A DNA stretch of 64,000 nucleotides from Ignavibacteriales bacterium (GTDB lineage: Bacteria; Bacteroidota; Ignavibacteria; UBA10030; UBA6906), in contig JBBIRR010000014.1 in the NCBI GenBank assembly GCA_037441705.1, positions 1 through 64,000 on the forward strand. The letters are read 5' to 3'. The position numbers and the translations under genes were made by a program. The notes under the pieces are model-generated. The model was not told the origin of the DNA. It made no database searches and saw only the letters and a program-made list of their open reading frames with translations. This document shows positions 1 to 8,714 of the stretch, piece after piece; the first letter of the stretch is position 1; the number at the start of each line of letters is the position of its first letter.

Positions 1-115
1 CAATCGCGTGTTGCCGAAACGATAAGATGGGTGAGCGACCGCGTTGTGGTTTTTTTGATAACGAGAAGTTTCGTTATATTCATGCCATGTTGGTGATGAC
101 CTTGTCCTTGAGGAG

Positions 116-979
116 ATGCCGATGATCTCGGAAACTGTTCTTCAGAAATACGCTGCGCTGCAACAAATCCTGCGCGATATGCAAAGCGTCGCGATCGGTT
201 ACTCAGGCGGCGTGGATAGCACACTACTGCTGAAAGTTGCCGTTGATGTGTTGGGTGATAAAGCGGTGGCGATGATCGGCCGCTCGGAAACCTATCCCAC
301 ACGCGAGTTTGAAGAGGCGGTGAAGATTGCCGAGAGCATCGGCGCACGATATATCATTGTGAACACCGAGGAAACGGACATCATCAAGTTCAAGGAGAAT
401 CCCGCCAACCGCTGCTACTTCTGCAAGACGGAATTGTTTGGAAAATTGGATGAGATTGCCCGGCGTGAAGGATTGAAGTGGATTGCCGACGGAACCATCA
501 CGGACGATGTCGGCGATTTCCGTCCCGGCATGAAAGCGAAGTCGGAGAACAACGTCCGCTCGCCGCTGCTGGAAGCAGGATTGAGCAAAGCTGAAGTTCG
601 TGAAATCTCGAAACATCTCGGCCTGCCGACATGGGACAAGCCCGCGTTTGCGTGTCTCTCCTCGCGCTTCCCGTACGGCACGCCAATCACGAAAGAGAAT
701 CTCACTAAGGTTGACAACGCCGAAACGTTTCTGCGCGATGAAGGTTTCCGGTTCTTTCGCGTCCGCTTTCATGACGAACGGACAGCCCGCATCGAAGTCG
801 GGAAGGAAGAAATCCACCGACTGCTCGACGACGGCATGCGTGAGCGCCTCGTCGCCCATCTCAAACAGCTCGGATTCACTTACGTCACGCTCGATCTGCA
901 AGGTTACCGCACCGGCTCGATGAATGAAGTGCTGCCGGTGGAGGTGAAGTTACAGTATACCCCGGAGGAGTCTTTATGA
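116..979 (+). CDS. larE: LarE-family ATP-dependent sulfur transferase (PP-loop)
   Basis: SGGVDS PP-loop, NRCYFCK, WDKPAFACLSSRFPYG, RVRFH and GYRTGSMN motifs; GAGGAG RBS. Confidence 0.9.
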   Translation: MPMISETVLQKYAALQQILRDMQSVAIGYSGGVDSTLLLKVAVDVLGDKAVAMIGRSETYPTREFEEAVKIAESIGARYIIVNTEETDIIKFKENPANRCYFCKTELFGKLDEIARREGLKWIADGTITDDVGDFRPGMKAKSENNVRSPLLEAGLSKAEVREISKHLGLPTWDKPAFACLSSRFPYGTPITKENLTKVDNAETFLRDEGFRFFRVRFHDERTARIEVGKEEIHRLLDDGMRERLVAHLKQLGFTYVTLDLQGYRTGSMNEVLPVEVKLQYTPEESL

Positions 980-1186
980 GAAAGTTCACCGCCGTTACTG
1001 AGAAAGATCCCGAAACAGGTTTGTTTGTTGGCTACGTTCCGGGATTTCCTGGCGCGCACTCCCAAGGAGCGACCTTAGATGAATTGAATGCAAACCTTCG
1101 TGAGGTAATCGAGATGTTACTTGAAGATGGGGAACCAAGAGCTCGAGGGAGAATTCATGGGGACTCAAGAAGTTGTCGTAGAGTAA
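976..1186 (+). pseudogene. hicB: HicB-family antitoxin with a 1-nt frameshift near 1138-1141
   Basis: YVPGFPGAHSQGATLDELNANLREVIEMLL is a typical HicB N-domain; the expected tail LEGEFMGTQEVVVE* (TAA 1184-1186) lies in the next frame; ATG overlaps the larE stop. Confidence 0.8.
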
Positions 1187-1189
1187 ATT

Positions 1190-1286
1190 TTGAGCCGCAT
1201 CCCCATCCTCAGGGCCCGTGAAGTCTCTCCTGAGACAAATCATCAAAGACATTGGACTGGCTGTTGACGAGTTTCTCTCCGGACGT
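1190..1286 (+). pseudogene. hicA: HicA-family toxin remnant with internal deletion
   Basis: TTG 1190 reads (M)SRIPILRAREV, joined out of frame at about 1226 to LLRQIIKDIGLAVDEFLSGR; the central GSH-containing segment is absent. Confidence 0.75.
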
Positions 1287-1873
1287 TGCCCTCTTGCTCC
1301 CTTTACACCATATTTCTTACCCAACTTCTCAAAATTGGAATTACCCATCCACTTCCCTTGAGCATTTCGCACTTTCACCCCAGCCCGCCCTGGTCTCTCG
1401 GTGCGAACATCGACCTCTAAACCTTCTCTATCGTAACTGTGTTCCGGACGCCATTGACCACTAACATCCAACATACCCCCATATGGTAGACTTATATCAT
1501 TTATATCTAATTTTCTTTGACGCAGATTGTCAGCCCAAACATTTGCCATGAGCGGAAGTGAATCACGCACGATTTGCGCTGCATAGTGGTTATTGTCAGG
1601 CGTTTGACACGCAATTGGAGCATCATCATCGGGACCATGATGTTTGCATGTCCCGCCGACTAAATCGTAATTTGCTCCATCCGGGAGCAATTGCAACCCT
1701 GGCACCCGTGTTTTCACGCTCAGCGTATCGAACTTCGTCGTATCGCTCACCAAGCGTGCAGTAATTCTCTCCACGCCGCCAAACTGCGAGGCAACGTAGC
1801 GGAAGCGCAATCTGCCGGTGTTGTCTGTTAGCGTGTGAAATGCAATACGAGGTATCGTGTAATTCTCTTCCAA
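1287..1873 (-). pseudogene. Fragment of a protein with a MepA/M74-like (LAS) metallopeptidase domain
   Basis: NNHY...LDINDISLPYGGMLDVSGQWRPEHSYDREGLEVDVR resembles the D-x-S-x-P-x-GG...H-x-x-H-x-x-G-x-D-x-D motif with degenerate ligands; no credible start or native stop; AT-richer than flanks. Confidence 0.55.
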
Positions 1874-1939
1874 CGCTTGTTGTACGCTTCCTTCACCTTC
1901 GCAAATGGCGTATATTCATCGTGATGCGATAGCGTATCC

Positions 1940-3175
1940 ATGACGACCAACACCCGCAAACATCTCCTCGTTCTCGGCACCGGCTTCGGCGCGTTCAATC
2001 TCGCCAGGCATCTCAACGACGAGTACGACATCACGATTGTCAGTCCGCGCAATCATTTTCTCTTCACGCCGCTGCTGCCGAGCACGACCGTCGGCACGAT
2101 CGAGTTTCGCAGCATCATCGAACCGATTCGTCATGCCCGGAAGGATCTTCGCTTCTTCCATGCGTACGCGGAGGACGTTGACACTGCTGCACGCTCCGTG
2201 CGCTGCATCGGTGTCGCGGACGGCCACCCGTTCGACGTGCCGTATGACGTGCTGGTGATTGCCGTTGGCGCGGTGAGCAACACCTTCGGGGTACCGGGGG
2301 TTGCCGAACACGCGATGTTCCTGAAAGAACTCCACGACGCACGCGAACTGCGGCAGCGCATCATTCGCAACTTCGAGCAGGCAAATCTCCCCGGCCTCGG
2401 TGCCGATGAACGGCAGCGTCTTCTGCATTTCATCATTTGCGGCGGCGGACCGACGGGCGTGGAGTTCGCCGCGGAACTGAATGACTTCCTGCTCGAAGAT
2501 CTGCAGAACGCCTATCCGCAGCTCGTTGCCGAAGCTCGCATCACGCTCGTCGAAGCGACAAAGGAAATCCTGAGTACGTTCGACGAGAAGCTGCGGCGTT
2601 ATGCAACGGCGTTGTTTGCCCGCCAGCGTATCAGCGTGCTGACGGAATCTCCCGTGATCAAAGTGGATGAGCGCGCCGTGTATCTTAAGGACGGCTCCCG
2701 ACTTCCCTACGGTTTGCTGCTGTGGAGCACGGGCAACGGACCTACCGCGCTAGTTGATCGTCTCACGTTCCCCAAGGACGATCGCTCACGCATTCTCACC
2801 GACGAGTATTTCCGCGTCAGAGGGTACGAGAACATCTACGCGATTGGCGACTGCGCAGCGATCGAGTCGAATCCTCTTCCGGCAACCTCGCAGGTTGCGC
2901 AACAGCAGGGAAAGTATCTTGCTCGCGCGCTCAATCGTCTCGCCAGCGGCAAACCCGTCGAACCCTTCCGGTACAAACACCTCGGCATGCTGGCATACAT
3001 CGGGGGGCGCCGGGCACTCGCCGACCTTAACGAAGTGAAGGGTCGCGGCTGGGCAACATGGCTCTTCTGGCGTTCGGCCTACCTGACGCGGATCGTCAGT
3101 CTGCGCAACAAATTCTCCATCATTGCCGATTGGACGAAGGCGATGATCTTCGGCCGCGATATCAGTCAGTTCTGA
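1940..3175 (+). CDS. ndh: Type II NADH:quinone oxidoreductase (NDH-2)
   Basis: VLGTGFGA FAD motif, FTPLLP, GGGPTGVEFAAEL NADH motif, AIGDCA, QVAQQQG, C-terminal membrane-anchor helices. Confidence 0.9.
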   Translation: MTTNTRKHLLVLGTGFGAFNLARHLNDEYDITIVSPRNHFLFTPLLPSTTVGTIEFRSIIEPIRHARKDLRFFHAYAEDVDTAARSVRCIGVADGHPFDVPYDVLVIAVGAVSNTFGVPGVAEHAMFLKELHDARELRQRIIRNFEQANLPGLGADERQRLLHFIICGGGPTGVEFAAELNDFLLEDLQNAYPQLVAEARITLVEATKEILSTFDEKLRRYATALFARQRISVLTESPVIKVDERAVYLKDGSRLPYGLLLWSTGNGPTALVDRLTFPKDDRSRILTDEYFRVRGYENIYAIGDCAAIESNPLPATSQVAQQQGKYLARALNRLASGKPVEPFRYKHLGMLAYIGGRRALADLNEVKGRGWATWLFWRSAYLTRIVSLRNKFSIIADWTKAMIFGRDISQF

Positions 3176-3266
3176 CTCGGCCGATCGTTGTTTCTCTCCT
3201 GCATTTTTCTAAATTGGTGCATCGGATTTCTCTCTGGCCGGTCATCACACCAACACGGAGCGGATC

Positions 3267-4589
3267 TTGACCCAACATATCTCCTGGAAGTTCCCCGCAA
3301 CATTCTGGATTGCCAATGCCGTTGAACTGCTCGAACGGGCATCCTTCTACGCGGTGTTCATCACATTCACGTTGTATCTGTCCAACGTTGTCGGCTTCGA
3401 CGATATTGACGCCGCATGGCTGAGCGGTTTTTACGCGGCAGGGGTGTATTTCATGCCGCCGTTCACGGGCGCGTTTGCCGACAAGATGGGATTTCGTCAT
3501 GCGATGCTGCTGGCGTTCGGGCTGCTTGCCGTCGGGTTCTTCTCGTTGGGTGCCGTGCCGCACAAGCTCACCGTCGTTCCGGCTATCATCCTGCTCATCA
3601 TCGGCGGCTCGTTCATCAAGAGCTTGATAACCGGAACGGTTGCGAAGACGTCCACACCCGAGCAGCGAGCGCGCGCATACTCGATCTTCTATGGCATGGT
3701 GAATGTCGGCTCGTTCTCCGGCAAATCGCTCTCGTATCCGCTGCGCCTGAACTGGGGTCTGGAGTTCATTCAACTGTTTTCCGCGGCGCTGAGTCTTCTT
3801 GCCGTCATCGTCGTCTTCTTCTGGTACAGAAGTGTCAGCAGCGAGGGTGAAGGAAAAAGCCTGCGCGAGGTGTGGACTGGATTGGTGCGCGTCGTGACCA
3901 GCCCACGGCTTGTGACTCTCATTCTCATCATTTCGGGCTTCTGGATGATCCAGCATCAGATGTACGCAACCATGCCGAAGTACGTCATCCGGCTGGTAGG
4001 AAGGGATGCGTCGCCGGAATGGATTTCGAATGTCAATCCTGCTACGGTGGTAACGTTCGTGGTCATCGTAACGCATCTCATGAAAAAAGCACAGGCCATC
4101 ACCTCCATGAACATCGGCATGCTGCTGATGCCTTTCTCCGCGCTGTGCATGGCATCGAGTCCGTTGTTAGAAGCCCAGCTCGGTTCTCCGGTTGCGCTTC
4201 CGTTTGGACTTTCAGCCCATCCGGTCACGATCATGCTGATTGTCGGTATCATTTTGCAGGGACTGGCCGAATGTTTTATCTCGCCGCGCTATCTGGAGTT
4301 CTTCTCGAAACAAGCGCCGAAAGGAGAAGAAGGTTTGTATCTCGGCTTCGGACATTTGCATTCGTTCATCGCCAACTTCCTCGGGTTCGGCCTTTCCGGC
4401 TATCTCCTCACCAAGTACTGTCCCGATCCAAGAACCCTCGCGCCCGAACAGCTCGCCACGGCGTACGTGAACGCGAATTACATCTGGTACTACTTCGCAG
4501 CGATAGGCTTGACGTCGGCGATTGCATTGTTCATCTACGCGAAGGTGACGAAGAGGATGGATGCGAGGAAGGGACAAGGGATGGATTGA
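3267..4589 (+). CDS. POT/PTR-family MFS peptide transporter
   Basis: ELLERASFY (ExxER-like), GAFADKMG, AYSIFYGMVNVGS; about 12 hydrophobic segments; TTG start. Confidence 0.8.
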   Translation: MTQHISWKFPATFWIANAVELLERASFYAVFITFTLYLSNVVGFDDIDAAWLSGFYAAGVYFMPPFTGAFADKMGFRHAMLLAFGLLAVGFFSLGAVPHKLTVVPAIILLIIGGSFIKSLITGTVAKTSTPEQRARAYSIFYGMVNVGSFSGKSLSYPLRLNWGLEFIQLFSAALSLLAVIVVFFWYRSVSSEGEGKSLREVWTGLVRVVTSPRLVTLILIISGFWMIQHQMYATMPKYVIRLVGRDASPEWISNVNPATVVTFVVIVTHLMKKAQAITSMNIGMLLMPFSALCMASSPLLEAQLGSPVALPFGLSAHPVTIMLIVGIILQGLAECFISPRYLEFFSKQAPKGEEGLYLGFGHLHSFIANFLGFGLSGYLLTKYCPDPRTLAPEQLATAYVNANYIWYYFAAIGLTSAIALFIYAKVTKRMDARKGQGMD

Positions 4590-4654
4590 TTTTGGTAGAT
4601 TTGCTACATTCTTGAGGCTTTGCGCCATTGAAATGAAGAATGGTTTGGAAACAG

Positions 4655-4840
4655 ATGCGTCTTTTCGAAGTTGCAACACCGCTTGGTTTCAATGTACGGA
4701 CGACTCAAGCATATTGGGAAAAGGTTGTGTAGTATTGGTTAACGGTAGTTGTCAAACAGGTAACTCCAACTGAAGGGTTTCTCGTTACCTGCTACCGCAC
4801 GAACGCATTGAACGAAGGAGAAGTGATATGGCCCACGTAA
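4655..4840 (+). pseudogene. Putative toxin (DUF4258/RelE-like partner of DUF2283) with internal deletion and in-frame stop
   Basis: Reads MRLFEVATPLGFNVRTTQAYWEKVV*YWLTVVVKQVTPTEGFLVTCYRTNALNEGEVIWPT*; TAG at 4730-4732; 3' end overlaps the next gene's start. Confidence 0.65.
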
Positions 4841-5055
4841 AAGTGTATTACGAACCGGAAATGGAATTGCTTACCGTCTTTTGGCAATCACCGCAGAAGG
4901 AACAAGTATCCGAGGAACTTGGCAACGGGATCATCCTGATACGCGATGAAGCAACCAAGGAACCGATCGGCGTTGAGTTGCTTTCCTATAAACCGGGCGA
5001 CAAGCGTTTTGATTCGGTGAGTGTCGAGATCGGACGAGAAACTCCCGTTACATAA
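4828..5055 (+). CDS. DUF2283-family small protein (putative antitoxin)
   Basis: VKVYYEPEMELLTVFW...ELGNGIILIRD...PIGVELL pattern; AAGGAG RBS. Confidence 0.75.
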   Translation: MAHVKVYYEPEMELLTVFWQSPQKEQVSEELGNGIILIRDEATKEPIGVELLSYKPGDKRFDSVSVEIGRETPVT

Positions 5056-5136
5056 CGACTCAGATTGTGCCGCTCGGGTGTTTTGCGTGCAATCTGAAAC
5101 AAACTCTCCCCGCCACCAGAAGTAGGACTCCATGCT

Positions 5137-5556
5137 ATGCCCTACACCCGCTTCGAATCCGAACTCATCGTCCGACCGGACGATATCGACATGAACAATC
5201 ATCTTCATGGCTCGAAGTATTTGGATTACATCCTCTTCGCTCGCTACGATCAGATGGCTCGATGCTACGGCATGCCAATGGAAGACTTTTTCAAGAATGG
5301 ATGGAATTGGTATCAGAAAGTGTTTCACATCGAATTCAAGCGGCAGATCAGTTTGAACGACCGCGTCATCGTGCAGACGTGGCTGGACTCCTTCGACAAG
5401 GCGGATGTGAAGGTGGGGTTCCGAGTATTCAAGAAAGAACCGCGCAAACTCGCCGCCGAAGGCTATTTCATCAGCACGATGATCGACACCAGGACCGGTC
5501 GGGCGATCCCGATTCCGCAATCCGTCATCGAACACTACACGCAGTACACTGAGTGA
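5137..5556 (+). CDS. Acyl-CoA thioesterase (4HBT/YbgC hotdog family)
   Basis: VRPDDIDMNNHL..KYLDY...AR motif and C-terminal GRAIPIP. Confidence 0.85.
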   Translation: MPYTRFESELIVRPDDIDMNNHLHGSKYLDYILFARYDQMARCYGMPMEDFFKNGWNWYQKVFHIEFKRQISLNDRVIVQTWLDSFDKADVKVGFRVFKKEPRKLAAEGYFISTMIDTRTGRAIPIPQSVIEHYTQYTE

Positions 5557-5616
5557 TACTTTCGTGAGAGTCTGTCCTTACTTTTGGCTCAACGACAAGA
5601 AACGATGGGTGGAGAG

Positions 5617-6165
5617 ATGAGAACACCAACGTCGATGTCGGCAGTTGCAGCGAGTTGCTTGATGTTTTTTTCGTGCCAGGATCAGGGAGAGCCTTTTGCC
5701 AGGATGAATGCGGGGAACCTCGTCGCCTCTGATGCGACGCTGTTTGAGATTGTGAGTGTCACACAACCCTTCCGACGCTACGCGTTGTTTCCGCATGTTG
5801 ATTCCGTAACGAGCGGAACGTTGAACGGCTCGACGGCACATCAACCGCTCGTGCGGGTCAGCATGAATGCAACGGCTTTGGGCGCACTGCACAATGGAAC
5901 ACTGCCGGCGGGGACGCGCTTCCCTGACGGCTCTATCATCTTCAAAGAAGTACGGACGACCAACGGACGTGCAACGATCTATGCCGTCATCTACAAACAG
6001 AGCAACAACCCGCTGGCAAACAACGGCTGGCTGTGGGCAGAATACCGTCCCGACGGTTCTGTGCTCTTCTCGATAGCAGGTCGGGGAAGCGGCTGCGTGG
6101 GCTGTCATGCGCGCGAGCAGGGGCCGCGGAACGACTATGTCCGAACGTTCGAGCGGCAGCGGTAG
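5617..6165 (+). CDS. Cytochrome P460/c'-beta family lipoprotein (start could be 5605)
   Basis: Lipobox-like FFSC, FPDGSIIFKE, GWLWAEY, C-terminal heme motif CVGCH followed by NDYV. Confidence 0.75.
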   Translation: MRTPTSMSAVAASCLMFFSCQDQGEPFARMNAGNLVASDATLFEIVSVTQPFRRYALFPHVDSVTSGTLNGSTAHQPLVRVSMNATALGALHNGTLPAGTRFPDGSIIFKEVRTTNGRATIYAVIYKQSNNPLANNGWLWAEYRPDGSVLFSIAGRGSGCVGCHAREQGPRNDYVRTFERQR

Positions 6166-6232
6166 TTGATTGTGGATTCGTGAAGGCGTATTATTGGGCA
6201 GACCCAACCCCAACAACCGCTGACCGATCACC

Positions 6233-7039
6233 GTGTACCAGAAGCTTCGTGCAATTCAACAGCAGAGCAATTCGCTTCTCTGTGTCGGCCTCGACCCGGA
6301 CATCAAGAAGATTCCAAAGCACCTTCACCGGTTCGATAATCCCGTTGTGGCGTTCAACACGCGCATCATCGAGGCAACGAAGGATCTTGTTTGCGCCTAC
6401 AAGCTCAATCTTGCTTTCTACGAAGCGCTCGGCGAGATCGGCTGGCGAACGATAAAAGGAACGCTTGCCGCTATTCCCTCGATGCTCGTCACCATCGGCG
6501 ATGCGAAGCGCGGCGATATCGGCAACACCGCGGAGATGTACGCCAGGAGTTTGTTCCAGGATTTCGGATTTGATGCCGCGACGATCAATCCGTATATGGG
6601 GTCTGACTCCGTTGAGCCGTTTGTTCGCGATGACCGGCACGGCGCATTCATTCTTGCGCTCACGTCAAATCCCGGAGCGAAGGACTTCGAATATCTGAAG
6701 GCGAAGAATAAACCTCTGTATGAGCACGTGGTTGCCAAAGCGAAGAAATGGAACAGGAAGAACAACTGCGGGCTCGTTGTTGGCGCGACCCGGTCGAAAG
6801 AGCTGAAGCGCATCCGCTCACTCGTGCCCGACATGCCGCTGCTCATTCCCGGCGTCGGCGCACAAGGAGGCGACCTCGCATCAGCGGTGCGATACGGGTG
6901 TGACAGGAACGGCGAGATGGCGATCATCAACGTCAGTCGCGCCGTCATGTACGCGTCGAGCGGAGAGGATTTCGCAGAGGCCGCGCGCGCGTCGGCAATG
7001 AAGCTCCGCAACACGATCAACGCGATTCGCCAACGGTGA
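6233..7039 (+). CDS. pyrF: Orotidine-5'-phosphate decarboxylase
   Basis: LCVGLDP, AYKLNLAFYE, DAKRGDIGNT, NPYMG, LVVGAT, PGVGAQGG. Confidence 0.95.
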   Translation: MYQKLRAIQQQSNSLLCVGLDPDIKKIPKHLHRFDNPVVAFNTRIIEATKDLVCAYKLNLAFYEALGEIGWRTIKGTLAAIPSMLVTIGDAKRGDIGNTAEMYARSLFQDFGFDAATINPYMGSDSVEPFVRDDRHGAFILALTSNPGAKDFEYLKAKNKPLYEHVVAKAKKWNRKNNCGLVVGATRSKELKRIRSLVPDMPLLIPGVGAQGGDLASAVRYGCDRNGEMAIINVSRAVMYASSGEDFAEAARASAMKLRNTINAIRQR

Positions 7040-7142
7040 GGCGTTCGCTTTCATGCGCCGCAACGGCGCTCATTCCGAACCCTGAACCTGAAAACCTGTT
7101 TGTGCATTCACAGCTTGCTTCCGGGGGGAAAGGTGAACCTGC

Positions 7143-8672
7143 ATGGCGCTGCCCGACATCCCCGAAACGCTTCTTCGCCGCATCTGGCAAGAACAGCGTT
7201 TCTCGCACCACCGCCTTGCGACCTCCGATGGTCGTGAGGTACGGATTCTCTCCCCCGGCACGCCCAATACTGATGCCGGCCCGGATTTTCTCAACGCGCG
7301 GATCGCCATCGGTAAGACCACCTTCCGCGGCGATGTGGAACTCCACATCAGCGCAGAGGAATGGCTTGCACACCGGCACGATCGGGACCCACACTACAAC
7401 AGGGTGATCCTGCACGTCGTGCTCACGGCCGAGCCTCTCTCGCCGCCTGCGCGCACGGTAAGCAAGCGCGTTATCCCCCTTCTGGTTCTGCATCCAGTTC
7501 TCGATGAAAAAACGCACGAAGCATGGGCAGCGTCGGATGATCAACCCATACGCACAGCGCGACTCGCATGCGCTGCGATGAACGACGATGTTCCGGTCGC
7601 CGTCATCACCCGGTGGATTGAAAAGCTCGGCCACGAGCGCATCGAGCTGAAAGTTCGCCGCTTCGAAGAACGGTTGAAGCAGCTCGTGGACGAGGCGCGC
7701 CACATCCTTCGCGAGCCTTACCCGCGCTACTATGGCAACCCCGAGGAAATTCCCCCTCCGAAGAAAGAGTACACCCGCAAGAATTTCATGAACAAAGCGT
7801 TCTGGGAACAGGCCTTGTATGAAGGTATTATGGAGGGGCTGGGGTTCTCGAAAAATCAGAAGCCCTTCCTGCACCTCGCACGATCGGTACCTCTTGAAGT
7901 GCTTCGCCGCCATGACCTTGATGATACTCCGACCATGATGGCACTTCTGTTCGGCGCTGCGTCGCTTCTTCCATCCTCACAGGACATCCGCGAAAAGGAA
8001 AGCCGTCTGTATGTTGCCGCTCTGAAGCGAATATGGCGGAAGGTTCGGGCAACAGTTCCGGGACAGACGCTCAACGAGGGGCAATGGCTCTTCTTCCGTC
8101 TGCATCCTCAAAACTTTCCGACCGCACGGCTCGCAGCAATGTGTTTTCTCCTGCCGCAGCTCTTCGGGCATGATTCCTTCCGCTCACTCATCACGTTGAT
8201 GAAGGATGGCTCCCTTTCCGCCGCGCAGCGTCGTGAAAGGCTCCATGCTTTGTTCGACTTCACGCCCGACCGGTTCTGGCAGACGCATTATCACTTGAAA
8301 GGTGAGCGACGGGTGGAAGAGAAAACGGGAGAGAAGGAAGGAAGGAAAAAACCGAGGGCGACAATCGGCCTCGGTGCACATCGCATCAACGACATTCTTG
8401 TGAACGCCGTGATTCCGCTTGTGCTTCTGTATGCGCGGATGTTTCGAGACGCAGCAGCAGCACGCAACGCCCGCGCACTGCTCGGTGCTATCACCGGCCT
8501 GCAGGAGAATCCCATCACCCGAACACTGCAACGCGACCTGCTCAAAGAGAAGACGGAGTTCCGCAGCGCCCTGCAACAGCAGGGAGGCATTCAGCTTTAT
8601 CGCTTCTTCTGTTCGCCCGTGCGCTGTATCGAGTGTGCGGTCGGAAAGTGCACACCTCTGGGGAAGCGATAA
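7143..8672 (+). CDS. DUF2851-family protein
   Basis: PGTPNTDAGPDFLNA, GDVELH...W..H.H..DPHYNRVILHVV, GFSKN..PF, FFRLHPQNFPTARLA, C-terminal C-x4-C-x2-C-x-VG. Confidence 0.8.
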   Translation: MALPDIPETLLRRIWQEQRFSHHRLATSDGREVRILSPGTPNTDAGPDFLNARIAIGKTTFRGDVELHISAEEWLAHRHDRDPHYNRVILHVVLTAEPLSPPARTVSKRVIPLLVLHPVLDEKTHEAWAASDDQPIRTARLACAAMNDDVPVAVITRWIEKLGHERIELKVRRFEERLKQLVDEARHILREPYPRYYGNPEEIPPPKKEYTRKNFMNKAFWEQALYEGIMEGLGFSKNQKPFLHLARSVPLEVLRRHDLDDTPTMMALLFGAASLLPSSQDIREKESRLYVAALKRIWRKVRATVPGQTLNEGQWLFFRLHPQNFPTARLAAMCFLLPQLFGHDSFRSLITLMKDGSLSAAQRRERLHALFDFTPDRFWQTHYHLKGERRVEEKTGEKEGRKKPRATIGLGAHRINDILVNAVIPLVLLYARMFRDAAAARNARALLGAITGLQENPITRTLQRDLLKEKTEFRSALQQQGGIQLYRFFCSPVRCIECAVGKCTPLGKR

Positions 8673-8699
8673 GCCCGCCGCGTTTTCCGGGGCGGGCTT
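8671..8699. terminator. Hairpin between convergent genes, likely bidirectional terminator
   Basis: AAGCCCGCC (8671-8679) / GGCGGGCTT (8691-8699) inverted repeat. Confidence 0.6.
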
Positions 8700-8714
8700 G
8701 TGCTTTGGGGAGGT

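Noticed and set aside
1-60. Possible hairpin plus T-tract at the window start
   Set aside because: Stem is weak and truncated by the window edge; cannot be supported.
995-1286. C-terminal part of the 292-aa minus-strand ORF
   Set aside because: Read-through into antisense hicA/hicB after a probable deletion; not a genuine domain.
5053-5100. Hairpin TCAGATTG...CAATCTGA after DUF2283 considered as an integron attC site
   Set aside because: No matching GTTRRRY core at the 3' end, no repetition near other small genes and no integrase; more likely a simple stem-loop.
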